In this document: in pieces, positions 29,806 to 41,291 of the stretch
Layout: each line of letters begins with the position of its first letter
Position numbering within the stretch: position 1 is the first letter of the stretch
From: Acaryochloridaceae cyanobacterium VAR_48_metabat_390
GTDB taxonomy: Bacteria > Cyanobacteriota > Cyanobacteriia > Thermosynechococcales > Thermosynechococcaceae
Direction of reading: 5' to 3'
NCBI GenBank assembly: GCA_031422435.1
Contig: JANPLU010000112.1
Coordinates: forward strand, 1 to 64,000
DNA length: 64,000 bases
The notes under the pieces: generated by a model
Told to the model about the DNA's origin: nothing
The model's database searches: none
What the model saw: the letters and a program-made list of their open reading frames with translations, nothing else
Made by a program: the position numbers and the translations under genes

Positions 29806-30840
29806 ATGTTTGGTTTAATTGGTCATCTCACTAGCCTAGAACACGCTCAGCTTGTAGCGCGAGACTTGGGCTATCCAGAATATGCCGACCAGGGGCTAGA
29901 CTTTTGGTGTATGGCACCCCCTCAAATTGTGGACTCTATTACCGTTACCAGCGCCACAGGGCAGGTCATTCACGGTAAATATGTAGAGTCTTGCTTCTTG
30001 CCAGAAATGCTGGCAACGCAGCGGGTCAAGTCTGCCACACGCAAAATTATTAACGCGATGGCTCATGCCCAAAAACACGGCATTGACATTACGGCCTTGG
30101 GCGGCTTTTCTTCGATTATTTTTGAAAACTTTAATCTAGAGCGCATCACCCGCGTCCGAGATATTGATCTGGATATCCGGCGGTTTACAACGGGCAATAC
30201 TCATACGGCCTACATTATCTGTCGTCAGGTTGAGCAGGCATCTCAGCAGTTGGGGCTAGATTTAGCAAAATCTACCGTGGCGGTCTGTGGCGCAACGGGA
30301 GATATTGGCAGTGCTGTTTGCCGCTGGCTTGATGCGCGCACAGATGTAGACGAACTGCTGCTAGTGGCGCGTAACCAAACCCGTCTACAGGATCTTCAGG
30401 CAGAGCTAGGGCGCGGCAAAATTATGCCGCTAGAAGAGGCGCTGTCTCTGGCAGACATTGTGGTATGGGTTGCCAGTATGCCCAAGGGCGTTGAGATTGA
30501 CCCAAGCACGCTTAAGCCCTCTTGCCTCATGATTGATGGCGGCTATCCTAAAAATCTAGCGACCAAAATTCAGGCACCTGGCGTTCATATTCTGAGCGGC
30601 GGCATTGTGGAGCATTCTCTAGATATTGACTGGAAAATCATGAATATCGTCAATATGGATACGCCTTCGCGTCAGCTCTTTGCCTGTTTTGCCGAGGCCA
30701 TGCTTTTAGAGTTTGAGCAGTGGCACACGAATTTTTCTTGGGGACGCAATCAAATTACCGTCGAGAAGATGGAGAAAATTGGTCAGTCTTCTGTTCGGCA
30801 TGGGTTTAGGCCATTGCTGTTGCCGCTCCTGACGGAGTAA
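29806..30840 (+). CDS. aar: Long-chain acyl-ACP reductase (alkane biosynthesis)
   Basis: [56 protein letters not shown]. Confidence 0.97.
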   Translation: MFGLIGHLTSLEHAQLVARDLGYPEYADQGLDFWCMAPPQIVDSITVTSATGQVIHGKYVESCFLPEMLATQRVKSATRKIINAMAHAQKHGIDITALGGFSSIIFENFNLERITRVRDIDLDIRRFTTGNTHTAYIICRQVEQASQQLGLDLAKSTVAVCGATGDIGSAVCRWLDARTDVDELLLVARNQTRLQDLQAELGRGKIMPLEEALSLADIVVWVASMPKGVEIDPSTLKPSCLMIDGGYPKNLATKIQAPGVHILSGGIVEHSLDIDWKIMNIVNMDTPSRQLFACFAEAMLLEFEQWHTNFSWGRNQITVEKMEKIGQSSVRHGFRPLLLPLLTE

Positions 30841-30947
30841 TGAGTGACTCTCGGGAATCCTCAATACCCGTAATAAGGTATTTCTTGATACAGTTTTCTA
30901 GTCCATGTTTTTTGAGCGCGCCCCTTCCTGGTTGAAGGTATTGATGG

Positions 30948-31925
30948 ATGGCAGCTTCTAATCGCAAAATTCAGCTTCTTGATTTTGAAAAACCGCTGGT
31001 CGAGCTGCAAATGCGAATCGACCAGATTCGTCAGCTTGCAGAAGAGAACGGTGTTGATGTAACCGATAACCTCAAATTGCTAGAAGCGCGGGCAACCCAG
31101 CTTCGCCAAGAAATTTTTGGTAGCCTCACGCCCATGCAAGAACTTCAGCTTGCGCGACATCCTCGTCGCCCTAGTACCCTCGACTACATCCAGGCCATTA
31201 GCGATGAGTGGATGGAGCTACATGGCGATCGCCGTGGCGGTGATGATCTTGCTCTCGTCGGCGGCGTAGGCCGCATTGATGGGCAACCTGTGCTGATGCT
31301 AGGGCAGCAAAAAGGGCACGATACCAAAGATAACGTCACCCGTAACTTTGGCATGGCCAGACCCTGCGGCTATCGCAAAGCCATGCGGCTGATGAATCAT
31401 GCCAACCATTTTGGAATGCCTATTTTAGCCTTCATAGATACCCCTGGGGCTTGGTCTGGACTGGACGCGGAAGAGTTTGGGCAAGGAGAGGCGATCGCCC
31501 GAAACCTGCGAGATATGTTTAGCCTCGACGTGCCGATTATCTGCACCGTCATTGGCGAAGGCGGATCGGGGGGTGCCCTTGGCATTGGCGTAGGCGACCA
31601 CATTCTAATGTTTGAGCATTCGGTCTACAGCGTGGCATCCCCTGAAGCCTGTGCTGCCATTCTTTGGCGCGATGCTCAAAAGGGTCCTCAGGCTGCGGAT
31701 GCGCTCAAAATTACGGCAAAAGATCTGTTAGGTCTAGGGCTAATTGACCAAATTTTGCCAGAGCCGTTGGGGGGTGCCCACGCGGACCCCGTTAAGGCCG
31801 CTGATATTCTCAAAACATCCCTCATGGAAATCTTGGCTCAGCTACAGGTGCTGTCGCCAGCCGAGCGTAAGGCTAAACGCTACGATAAGTTCCGAAATAT
31901 GGGTGTTTTTGTTGAGTTGGCTTAG
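30948..31925 (+). CDS. accA: Acetyl-CoA carboxylase carboxyltransferase alpha
   Basis: [31 protein letters not shown]. Confidence 0.97.
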   Translation: MAASNRKIQLLDFEKPLVELQMRIDQIRQLAEENGVDVTDNLKLLEARATQLRQEIFGSLTPMQELQLARHPRRPSTLDYIQAISDEWMELHGDRRGGDDLALVGGVGRIDGQPVLMLGQQKGHDTKDNVTRNFGMARPCGYRKAMRLMNHANHFGMPILAFIDTPGAWSGLDAEEFGQGEAIARNLRDMFSLDVPIICTVIGEGGSGGALGIGVGDHILMFEHSVYSVASPEACAAILWRDAQKGPQAADALKITAKDLLGLGLIDQILPEPLGGAHADPVKAADILKTSLMEILAQLQVLSPAERKAKRYDKFRNMGVFVELA

Positions 31926-32199
31926 ATTTTGGGGTGATAGATACCCTCAATCTTGACTACAAGATGAGAGCTATTTGTCAATGTTTTGTGAAAACTTTTT
32001 TCTTGAGTAAAGACTCATCCAAGAGTATGAGAGTTACTAAAAACCCCGAAGCCTAACACCTGAAAGAGTTTTCTGATATTAAACCTGTGCTGAAGTCGCA
32101 GTGATATAATAAGCGAAGTTTAACATTTGTTAAGATGTCTTAGAGCGCACAGTTCTACTACCTTTTTGCAAACTACTCACGCACCTTTTAGAATCTTTG

Positions 32200-32925
32200 A
32201 TGTCAACTTCATCTCCTCAGCGTGCCCTCATTACAGGAGCCAGTCGCGGTATTGGTAAGGCTACGGCGCTTGCGTTTGCGAAGGCTGGCGTATCAACTAT
32301 TTTGTTGGGTCGATCTATCGATCAGCTTCAGGCAACAGCAGAAGAGGTAAAAGCGTTGGGTGCAGAGGCGATCGCCTTTGGCATTGACCTCTCTGAAGTC
32401 AACCAGATCAAAGGTCGATTGGCGCAGGTCTTAGAAGCCTCTGGCGCTATAGATATTCTGGTCAATAACGCTGGTATGGGCTACACCGGAGGGCTGCTTA
32501 ACACATCCCTCGCAGACTGGCAGCGGGTGCTAGATCTCAACCTGACTAGTCCATTGCAGTGTATCCAGTCTGTTCTGCCCCAGATGCGATCGCGGCACTG
32601 CGGCACAATCATCAACGTGATTTCTGTCGCAGGTCGGCAAGCCTTTCCAGATTGGGGAGCTTACTGCGCCAGCAAGTTTGGCCTTATGGGGATGACCAAA
32701 ACCCTAGCGCAAGAAGAGCGCTCCTACGGCATTCGGGTTGTAGCTCTCTGTCCAGGGGCAGTTAATACGTCCTTGTGGGACAGTGATACGGTCAATGCTG
32801 ACTTTGATCGCTCACAGATGCTGACCCCAGAAGATGTGGCCGATGCCATCGTCCACGCAGCGCTACTGCCCCAAAACGTCGTCCTTGACGAACTGGTGTT
32901 GATGCCCAATGCGGGGACGTTTTAA
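32200..32925 (+). CDS. SDR family oxidoreductase
   Basis: TGASRGIG, NNAG, YCASK. Confidence 0.92.
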   Translation: MSTSSPQRALITGASRGIGKATALAFAKAGVSTILLGRSIDQLQATAEEVKALGAEAIAFGIDLSEVNQIKGRLAQVLEASGAIDILVNNAGMGYTGGLLNTSLADWQRVLDLNLTSPLQCIQSVLPQMRSRHCGTIINVISVAGRQAFPDWGAYCASKFGLMGMTKTLAQEERSYGIRVVALCPGAVNTSLWDSDTVNADFDRSQMLTPEDVADAIVHAALLPQNVVLDELVLMPNAGTF

Positions 32926-33019
32926 CGTAAACAGAACGTTTCCAAGTTTGCCTTTGGGGGTATTTCCGCTGGAATTAATTCTCCTTTTTGTTGTTCAGTC
33001 ACCTTATTACGCTTGACCT

Positions 33020-33706
33020 ATGACCATTTCTTCAGCCAACCTGTCCGACAGTTTCAACGTGTCTTCTGTCGCCAACCCAGCACGAGACACGCGCGGCCCA
33101 TCTGCTGAGGGTGATGTGGGAAGTCCCCGTAAAGAAGTCACCCATGAAGAAATGATGCAGTCGGTCGAAACGATGCTGATTGGCATTGGGGAAGATCCTG
33201 AGCGCGAAGGGCTACTCAAAACGCCGAAGCGAGTGGCAGAAGCAATGCGATTTCTGACCAGCGGCTATTCTCAATCTTTAGATGACTTAGTCAATGGCGC
33301 AATCTTCAACGAAGGTCATGATGAAGTGGTGCTGGTGCGCGATATCGACCTATTCAGTATGTGTGAACACCACATGCTGCCCTTTGTTGGGAAAGCCCAT
33401 GTTGCCTATATCCCCAACCAAAAGGTGATTGGCCTAAGTAAGTTAGCTCGCATTGTTGAAATGTACTCTCGACGGCTTCAGGTGCAGGAGCGTCTGACGC
33501 GGCAGATTGCAGAAGCAGTTAAAACGGTTCTAGAGCCCCAGGGTGTCGCGGTTGTCATTGAAGCCAGCCACATGTGTATGTCTATGCGTGGAGTTCAAAA
33601 GCCTGGGTCTTGGACCGTCACCAGCTCTATGTTAGGGGTGTTTCGAGACGACCCCAAAACACGGGAAGAGTTTCTCAACCTAATTCGTCATAAGCAAAGT
33701 TTCTAA
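33020..33706 (+). CDS. folE: GTP cyclohydrolase I
   Basis: [41 protein letters not shown]. Confidence 0.97.
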   Translation: MTISSANLSDSFNVSSVANPARDTRGPSAEGDVGSPRKEVTHEEMMQSVETMLIGIGEDPEREGLLKTPKRVAEAMRFLTSGYSQSLDDLVNGAIFNEGHDEVVLVRDIDLFSMCEHHMLPFVGKAHVAYIPNQKVIGLSKLARIVEMYSRRLQVQERLTRQIAEAVKTVLEPQGVAVVIEASHMCMSMRGVQKPGSWTVTSSMLGVFRDDPKTREEFLNLIRHKQSF

Positions 33707-33734
33707 ACACGCTGCCGATGCCTGCAATGGCGTT

Positions 33735-34634
33735 CTAATGGGGATCTTTTTTCTCTAAATCGTCCAGTGCAGCCTGACGCATAACGTCAATAGATGGCTT
33801 GTCACCTGTCCATAGCTCAAAAGCAGCAGCTCCCTGCTGAATTAGCATTTCTAACCCATCTATGGTTTGAAAGTGCTTTTGATGGGCGATCGCTAAAAGC
33901 TGTGTGGGTCTAGGCGTATAGATAAGGTCATAGACAATGGCATGGGAAGGAAGCAAATTCATTGCTTCTTCCCCGAGTGGCGATGCATCCACATTGGGAT
34001 GCATCCCGATAGGCGTAGTGTTGACCACCAGCCCCACTTGAGGCAGCAGTGCGTCAAGGGCTGACCATTCATGAACCTGAACTGAAATCTGTAGTTCCGC
34101 TTGAAGCAGACTCTCCTGAAGAGATTTAAGCTTGAGCAGGTCACGACCGACCACGTGGATCGCAGAACACTGGATCTGATGACACCCTGCAATAACGGCT
34201 CGCGCTGAACCGCCATTGCCTAAGATGCAGACTTCTGTGTCACGCCAGGTTTGATTGAGTGCTTCTAGGGGAGAGACAAAGCCTTGAACATCCGTATTAG
34301 TACCCACCCAGCGATCGCCCTGACGGCTAACTGTATTGACTGCGCCCACGGCCTGAGCTAGAGGTGAGATCTCCTGAAGGAAAGGCATAATGGCCTGTTT
34401 ATGGGGGATGGTGACGTTAAACCCCTGATAGCCGAGAGCCACCATCCCCTTGAGGGCTGCTTCAAGATGCGTCGATTCCACCTTAAGGGGTAAATAGACG
34501 TACTCTAGAGCCGCTTGATTTAGCTTTAAAGCACGAGTCGCCAATGCTGCGTTATGCATCACTGGCGACAAAGAATGCTCAATGGGACATCCGATAACGC
34601 CGAGTAGCTGAGTGGTGCCCCTAATTTGAACCAT
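33735..34634 (-). CDS. aroE: Shikimate dehydrogenase
   Basis: HSLSPVMHN, NVTIPHK, GAVNT, NTD, DGLEMLIQQG. Confidence 0.96.
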   Translation of the reverse strand: MVQIRGTTQLLGVIGCPIEHSLSPVMHNAALATRALKLNQAALEYVYLPLKVESTHLEAALKGMVALGYQGFNVTIPHKQAIMPFLQEISPLAQAVGAVNTVSRQGDRWVGTNTDVQGFVSPLEALNQTWRDTEVCILGNGGSARAVIAGCHQIQCSAIHVVGRDLLKLKSLQESLLQAELQISVQVHEWSALDALLPQVGLVVNTTPIGMHPNVDASPLGEEAMNLLPSHAIVYDLIYTPRPTQLLAIAHQKHFQTIDGLEMLIQQGAAAFELWTGDKPSIDVMRQAALDDLEKKDPH

Positions 34635-34670
34635 AGAATTTATGCGTCTTCACAAAGACATTGAGGAAGC

Positions 34671-35057
<387 letters not shown>

Positions 35058-35083
35058 CTATCATCGCCAGTGAAGAGGTACTT

Positions 35084-35097
35084 GTAGCAGAATATAC
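35084..35097. promoter_or_regulatory. Putative NtcA binding site upstream of glnB
   Basis: GTA-GCAGAATA-TAC (GTA-N8-TAC) about 75 bp upstream of glnB, a known NtcA target; no clean TAN3T -10 box identified. Confidence 0.6.
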
Positions 35098-35434
35098 CGT
35101 TTTTAGCTTTGTCAGGCAAAGTCTCTCAACCACAGGCTTTTAAGGTAAAGGATTTTGAACTGTCTATTTGGTTGCATCGGGTACAGTTGAGCGGTGAAAG
35201 AAGCGACTAGAGTAAGGCATGTAAAGCCCTAGCCTGATACCCTAGGGTCGAATCCGCTGGGGTCTATTTCTATGATGGGTAACGTTGTGGGCAAAGCTCA
35301 AAGCACTAGAATTAGAGACTAAGGGAATGTATTTTTGTATCTTTTTGCGCCTTTAGTTTTACCTAAGGGACGCAAGATTGGAGGAAACTCCGATAGGTTT
35401 ATTGTTAAAGATTTGCGAGAGAAGAGGCTTGGAC

Positions 35435-38026
35435 ATGCTGGAGCGATATCGTCAACAGGCACAAGAACGCGCTGAAGCGGGCATTCCGCCGCTTCCGTTA
35501 GAGGCTCAACAGGCTACGGAGCTATGTGAGTTAATCAAACACCCTCCAGCGGGGGAAGAAGAGTTTCTGCTAAGTCTTCTGACAGACCGCATTCCCCCTG
35601 GTGTTGACCAAGCGGCCTATGTGAAGGCAGGGTTTTTGACGGCGATCGCCAACTCTACAACCACCAGCCCTCTTGTCTCGCCCAAAGAGGCGGTGCAGCT
35701 ATTGGGCACCATGATGGGCGGGTATAACGTGCGATCGCTCATTGACCTGCTGAGCCATGCCGACCCTGTCCTGGCTCAAACTGCTGCCGACAGCCTCAAA
35801 AAAATCTTGTTAGTGTACGATGCCTTCCATGATGTTCAAGAGCTGGCAGAGAACGGCAACTCCTATGCCCAGCAGGTTCTCCAGTCTTGGGCAGATGCCG
35901 AGTGGTTTACCAGCAAACCTCCCTTGGCTGAATCCATTACCGTAACGGTCTTTAAAGTCCCTGGCGAAACCAATACTGACGACCTCTCGCCTGCCACCCA
36001 CGCCACCACGCGCCCCGATATCCCGCTCCATGCCCTTGCTATGCTCGAAACAAAGCAGCCTGGATCGTTAGAAACGATTGTGGAGCTAAAGAAAAAAGGG
36101 CATCCCGTTGCCTACGTGGGCGACGTGGTGGGGACAGGATCCTCTCGTAAATCTGCCATTAACTCGGTGCTGTGGCATGTGGGGGACGATATCCCCTTTG
36201 TGCCCAATAAGCGCGGCGGCGGCTATGTCTTGGGCAGCAAAATTGCGCCCATCTTTTTTAACACTGCTGAAGATTCTGGCGCGCTACCCATTGAGTGCGA
36301 CGTCACGGGGATGGAAACCGGAGATGTGATCACGATTTATCCCTATAAAGGTAAAATCACCAACGCGGCGGGAGAGGTTATTTCGACGTTTACCCTCAAT
36401 CCTGACACCATTTTGGATGAAGTCCGTGCCGGAGGCCGAATTCCGCTCTTGATTGGTCGTACTCTAACCGACAAAATTCGGATGGCAATGGGGTTAGCGC
36501 CCAGCCCTCTCTTTATTAGACCCAGCGCCCCTGTCGATACGGGCAAAGGCTTTACCCTGGCTCAAAAAATGGTAGGTAAAGCCTGCGGGCTAGTTGGCGT
36601 GCGTCCTGGTACCTCCTGCGAACCCATCATGACGACGATTGGCTCCCAAGACACCACGGGTCCCATGACCCGCGATGAGCTAAAGGAACTCGCCTGTCTA
36701 GGCTTCAGCGCTGATTTGGTGATGCAAAGTTTTTGCCATACTGCTGCCTACCCCAAGCCTGTGGATCTCAAAACCCATCACGATTTGCCTGACTTCATCA
36801 ACTCACGGGGCGGTGTCTCTCTTCACCCAGGAGACGGCATTATCCACTCTTGGCTTAACCGGATGCTGCTGCCAGATACCGTCGGCACAGGCGGCGATTC
36901 CCATACCCGCTTCCCCCTGGGGATTTCGTTCCCCGCTGGGTCTGGGCTAGTGGCCTTTGCCGCAGCGTTGGGCGTAATGCCGCTGGACATGCCGGAATCG
37001 GTGCTGGTGCGGTTTAAGGGCAGTCTGCAACCAGGCGTGACGCTACGAGACGTAGTGAATGCAATCCCCTATGTGGCAATCCAGCAGGGCACGTTGACGG
37101 TTGCGAAGGAGAATAAGAAAAATATCTACTCTGGCAAAATTATTGAGATGGAAGGGTTACCCGACCTCAAGCTAGAGCAAGCCTTTGAGCTGACGGATGC
37201 TACTGCAGAAAGATCGGCGGCGGGGTGTGCGATCGCCCTTAGCCCTACAACTGTTGCTGAGTACCTTAGCTCCAACGTTGCGCTACTCAAAAATATGGTG
37301 GCGCGGGGCTACGGCGATGCTCGTACCATTCTGCGCCGCGTCCGCAAAATGGAGGAATGGCTGGCAAATCCATCTCTACTGAAGGCAGACCCCGATGCAG
37401 AATATGCCGAAATTATTGAGGTAGATCTCGACCAGATTACGGAGCCGCTAGTTGCTGCACCCAACGACCCTGACAACATTAAGCTGATGTCTGAATGTGC
37501 AGGCGACCCCATCCAGGAAGTGTTTATCGGCTCCTGTATGACCAATATTGGGCACTATCGTGCTGCCGCAAAGGTGCTTGAGGGCGCAACCTCTGTCAAG
37601 GTGCGCCTCTGGATTGCGCCGCCCACCCGCATGGATGAACAGCATCTACGAGAAGAGGGCATCTACGACATTTTTAAGGCTGCTGGGGCACGAACTGAAG
37701 TACCAGGATGCAGTCTCTGCATGGGCAACCAGGCTCGTGTAGATGACGGCGTAACGGTTTTTTCTACCTCTACCCGTAACTTTAATAACCGCATGGGTAA
37801 AGGCGCTCAGGTCTACCTTGGCTCGGCGGAGTTAGCGGCGGTCTGTGCGCTGCTGGGCAAAATGCCGACGGTTGAAGAATATATGGAGATTGTTCAGAAA
37901 AAGATTGACCCCTTTGCTAGCGATCTATACCGCTACCTCAACTTTGACCAAATTGCTGGGTTTGCCGATGAGGGGCGAGTTGTCTCGAAGGATGATGAGG
38001 CTAAGCTGATGGCGGCAGTGGGTTAA
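35435..38026 (+). CDS. acnB: Aconitate hydratase B
   Basis: PPGVDQAAYVKA, GETNTDDLSPA, GSQDTTGPMTRDE, FIGSCMTN, PGCSLCMGNQAR. Confidence 0.98.
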   Translation: MLERYRQQAQERAEAGIPPLPLEAQQATELCELIKHPPAGEEEFLLSLLTDRIPPGVDQAAYVKAGFLTAIANSTTTSPLVSPKEAVQLLGTMMGGYNVRSLIDLLSHADPVLAQTAADSLKKILLVYDAFHDVQELAENGNSYAQQVLQSWADAEWFTSKPPLAESITVTVFKVPGETNTDDLSPATHATTRPDIPLHALAMLETKQPGSLETIVELKKKGHPVAYVGDVVGTGSSRKSAINSVLWHVGDDIPFVPNKRGGGYVLGSKIAPIFFNTAEDSGALPIECDVTGMETGDVITIYPYKGKITNAAGEVISTFTLNPDTILDEVRAGGRIPLLIGRTLTDKIRMAMGLAPSPLFIRPSAPVDTGKGFTLAQKMVGKACGLVGVRPGTSCEPIMTTIGSQDTTGPMTRDELKELACLGFSADLVMQSFCHTAAYPKPVDLKTHHDLPDFINSRGGVSLHPGDGIIHSWLNRMLLPDTVGTGGDSHTRFPLGISFPAGSGLVAFAAALGVMPLDMPESVLVRFKGSLQPGVTLRDVVNAIPYVAIQQGTLTVAKENKKNIYSGKIIEMEGLPDLKLEQAFELTDATAERSAAGCAIALSPTTVAEYLSSNVALLKNMVARGYGDARTILRRVRKMEEWLANPSLLKADPDAEYAEIIEVDLDQITEPLVAAPNDPDNIKLMSECAGDPIQEVFIGSCMTNIGHYRAAAKVLEGATSVKVRLWIAPPTRMDEQHLREEGIYDIFKAAGARTEVPGCSLCMGNQARVDDGVTVFSTSTRNFNNRMGKGAQVYLGSAELAAVCALLGKMPTVEEYMEIVQKKIDPFASDLYRYLNFDQIAGFADEGRVVSKDDEAKLMAAVG

Positions 38027-38068
38027 GGCTCACCTTTTTTGCAATGCCTACTCTTACGAGATCTGAAG

Positions 38069-38208
38069 AGACCTCTTGCGCGAATATGCCCCTCTCGCCC
38101 ACAACGGGCGAGGGAAACCAGAATTAGCTTTTCTACCACTAGGGAAGAAAGGTAAAGCCTTTGGCTATAAGAAAGGGATGAGGGGGGTAGGATTGATGCA
38201 AGAGATCT
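38069..38208 (-). mobile_element. Diverged inverted copy of the MITE-like repeat
   Basis: AGACCTCTTGCGCGAATATG...CCAGAATTAGC...TTGATGCAAGAGATCT matches the reverse complement of 9788-9917. Confidence 0.7.
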
Positions 38209-38584
38209 ACTGGACATGACTTTGAATTAGTTTGTGTTCAAGGGATTTAGCCATGCCTCTTCCATTTAGAGAGGAAGCAATGAGAAAACTTCGTCGCCAG
38301 TAATTATAGGAAGCAAAGTCATTGAGGTTTAGAAAGGGCGATTGAGTAAAGAGACAATCCCCTTGAATTTTTTGGAAATTAGGGATGAGAATTCCACGGT
38401 AGCGCCAGCTCCCATGCTGACTTCTCAGAGCTTATCTCGCCGAAAAAAAGCATGAGATGAACTCTGTAGACTATGATCAGTCGTTCACTCGACAGTTAGT
38501 TTTTCTGTGGCTAAACCAAAAAACCAGAGTTTTAATGTTCTGTGAGTTGCCCATTCTTTGAACCCTATTTACAGAAGATTCTCC

Positions 38585-39553
38585 ATGAGCTATCTCGAAA
38601 CTACTGCGCAATTCTACGCCGATGCCGCTGAAACGCCCCAAGTAGGGCTATGCTGCGTCACCGCACCCCCCATCCAGTTGCCCGGTCTTAATGTGCCAGA
38701 CATTATGCAGCAGATGAACTACGGCTGCGGCTCCACGGTACATGCCGCAGAGCTATTCGGGAACCCAACGGTCTTATATATTGGCGTAGGCGGCGGTCTA
38801 GAAGCGCTCCAGTTTGCCTATTTTGGGCGCAAGCCTGGTGCCGTCATCGCGGTGGATCCGGTACCGGAAATGCGGCTGGCGGCCCAGCAGAATTTAGCCT
38901 TAGCCACAGAGCAAAACGATTGGTTTGACCCCTCCTTTGTCCAGGTTTTAGAAGGGGATGCGTTTGCGTTGCCCGTGCCCAATACTTCCGTAGATGTGGT
39001 GGCGCAAAACTGTCTGTTCAATATTTTTGAGGCAGCAGACCTCCAACGGGCTTTAGCTGAAACCTATCGCGTCCTGAAGCCAGGGGGGCGTTTGCTCATG
39101 AGTGACCCTATCGCAGATCGATCCATCCCAGCCCATCTTCAGCAGGATGAGCGATTACGGGCTATGTGCCTATCGGGAGCCATGACCTACGACGAATACG
39201 TTCGATTTATTGTGCAGGCAGGGTTTGGTCAGGTCGAAATTCGAGCGCGACGACCCTATCGTCTCTTAGATACCCACAGCTATGCAATCGAAACGCCGCT
39301 GCTGCTAGAAAGCCTCGATTCTGTGGCCTACAAAGTGCCCATCCCAGAAGACGGTGCCTGCATTTTTACGGGCAAAACAGCTATTTATACAGGCACAGAA
39401 CCTATGTTTGATGATCGCGCCGGACATGTTTTGTCCCGAGGGCTACCCGCTGCGGTGTGTGACAAAACGGCAGCGAATCTTGCACGCACGCTGCCGCAAG
39501 AAATTCTCGTGACCGATTCGACTTGGCACTATACAGGCGGCGGTTGCTGCTAA
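38585..39553 (+). CDS. arsM: Arsenite S-adenosylmethionine methyltransferase, arsenosugar-associated type
   Basis: GLCCV, MNYGCG, YIGVGGGLE SAM motif, AQNCLFNI, AMCLSGA, C-terminal GGGCC; upstream of arsS. Confidence 0.85.
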   Translation: MSYLETTAQFYADAAETPQVGLCCVTAPPIQLPGLNVPDIMQQMNYGCGSTVHAAELFGNPTVLYIGVGGGLEALQFAYFGRKPGAVIAVDPVPEMRLAAQQNLALATEQNDWFDPSFVQVLEGDAFALPVPNTSVDVVAQNCLFNIFEAADLQRALAETYRVLKPGGRLLMSDPIADRSIPAHLQQDERLRAMCLSGAMTYDEYVRFIVQAGFGQVEIRARRPYRLLDTHSYAIETPLLLESLDSVAYKVPIPEDGACIFTGKTAIYTGTEPMFDDRAGHVLSRGLPAAVCDKTAANLARTLPQEILVTDSTWHYTGGGCC

Positions 39554-40557
39554 TGATGCACACTGTCATACCCTTTCAAGAAAAACTGAGTACGCTTGGT
39601 GGGAGGCGATCGCCTCTCACTAAGGCACCCATCAGCGTGCTGCAAATTAACCTAGGCAAGCGCTGTAACTTGGCCTGTACCCACTGCCATGTTGAAGCAG
39701 GTCCCAACCGCACTGAAGAACTATTTCCAGAAGTGTGTGAGCAGTTGATTGCCGTAATTGATCGATTTGCGCAGATCAAAACGGTGGACTTAACAGGCGG
39801 TGCGCCCGAAATGCTCTACGGCTTTAAGCCAATTGTGGAAGCCTCTCGCCGCGCAGGGAAGCGGGTAATTGTGCGCTCTAATTTGACGATCTATTTTGAA
39901 GATGGGTTTAGCGACATCCCAGACTACTGCGCCCAGCATCAGGTACAAATTGTTGCGTCTTTACCGTGCTATTTAGCCGATAACGTAGATAAGATGCGTG
40001 GTCACGGGGTCTACGAGGCTTCGATTAGAGCGCTGCAATGGCTCAATCGACTGGGCTATGGGCAAGACCCAAACTTAGTTCTGGACCTGGTGTATAACCC
40101 GCCTATGCCGAGAAGCGATCGCCCTTTTTCTCTCACCCCAGGCCAAAAAAGCCTAGAGCAAGATTACCGAGATTTTCTCCAGTCACACTTTGGCATTGTC
40201 TTTAGCAATCTCTACACCATTACCAATCTTCCTGTCGGCAGAACGGGGCAGTACCTCCAGCGCCAAAAGCTATATCAGCCCTATGTTCAGTTTTTGGCCG
40301 ACCACTTTAATGCCCAAACCGTAGAAGGCTTGATGTGTCGCAATGAGCTATCGGTAGACTACCTGGGCAATATTTATGACTGTGACTTTAACCAAATGGC
40401 TGAAATTCCCGCAAAAAAGGCCGATGGGGAACCGCTGACGATCGCAACGCTTCTAGCAGCAAATACGCTAGATCTGATCCATGAAATTCAGACGGCACCC
40501 TACTGCTATGGGTGTACGGCGGGGTGCGGCTCTAGCTGTGGTGGGGCTTTGACTTAA
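39553..40557 (+). CDS. arsS: Arsenosugar biosynthesis radical SAM protein
   Basis: LQINLGKRCNLACTHCHVEAGP, DLTGGAPE, ASLPCY, YDCDFNQ, CYGCTAGCGSSCGG; TAATG overlap with arsM. Confidence 0.88.
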   Translation: MMHTVIPFQEKLSTLGGRRSPLTKAPISVLQINLGKRCNLACTHCHVEAGPNRTEELFPEVCEQLIAVIDRFAQIKTVDLTGGAPEMLYGFKPIVEASRRAGKRVIVRSNLTIYFEDGFSDIPDYCAQHQVQIVASLPCYLADNVDKMRGHGVYEASIRALQWLNRLGYGQDPNLVLDLVYNPPMPRSDRPFSLTPGQKSLEQDYRDFLQSHFGIVFSNLYTITNLPVGRTGQYLQRQKLYQPYVQFLADHFNAQTVEGLMCRNELSVDYLGNIYDCDFNQMAEIPAKKADGEPLTIATLLAANTLDLIHEIQTAPYCYGCTAGCGSSCGGALT

Positions 40558-40565
40558 CGCCAGGA

Positions 40566-41291
40566 ATGAATGTGCCCCCTAAAATTGCTTTAGAACGAAT
40601 TTCTGTAATTATTCCGGTCTTGAATGAAGCAGAACGGGTTGAGGGGGCGATCACCAGCATTCCCCCCAGCACCCACACCGAAGTAATTGTGGTTGATGGC
40701 GGCTCCACAGACGGCACCGTAGAACTAGTGCAGGGGTTGGGCGTAAAAGTTTTGTCTAGTCCTGCGGGACGCGCCACTCAAATGAATACAGGGGCAGCGG
40801 CAGCTACGGGCGAAATATTCGTATTTCTCCATGCTGACACCCATTTACCGCCTAGGTTTGATGTGCTTATTCGCACAGCCCTACAGCCTTCTCAGCAGCC
40901 CATGCCGATCGCAGGGGCGTTTGCTTTGCGAATTGATGCGCCTATGACACGACTGCGCTGGGTGGAGCGTGGGGTCAATTGGCGATCGCGCTGGCTCCAG
41001 ATGCCCTATGGCGACCAGGCAATCTTTTTGAGAGCAGAAGTCTTTGAAAAAATGGGCGGTTTCCCTGATCTGCCCATCATGGAAGATTTTGAGCTAATAC
41101 GTCGGCTCAAGCAGCGTGGGTCAATTGTGATTTTGTCTACCCCTGTTCTTACGTCAGCGCGGCGATGGCTTCAGCGCGGCGTGTTAAAAACGACGCTGAT
41201 AAATCAGCTTATGATTTTGGGATACCTGTTGGGTGTTAGCGCCTCACGCCTCGTACAGCTATATCATTCACGAAACGTCTGGAGGTCTTAA
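40566..41291 (+). CDS. GT2 glycosyltransferase (TIGR04283-like, arsenosugar-associated)
   Basis: SVIIPVLNE, VVDGGSTDGT, FLHADT, PYGDQAIF, MEDFE, TSARRW. Confidence 0.88.
   Translation: MNVPPKIALERISVIIPVLNEAERVEGAITSIPPSTHTEVIVVDGGSTDGTVELVQGLGVKVLSSPAGRATQMNTGAAAATGEIFVFLHADTHLPPRFDVLIRTALQPSQQPMPIAGAFALRIDAPMTRLRWVERGVNWRSRWLQMPYGDQAIFLRAEVFEKMGGFPDLPIMEDFELIRRLKQRGSIVILSTPVLTSARRWLQRGVLKTTLINQLMILGYLLGVSASRLVQLYHSRNVWRS

Noticed and set aside
39523..40557. Selenocysteine readthrough in ArsS/ArsM (family includes selenoproteins)
   Set aside because: No in-frame TGA; both genes end in TAA with Cys at the motif positions.
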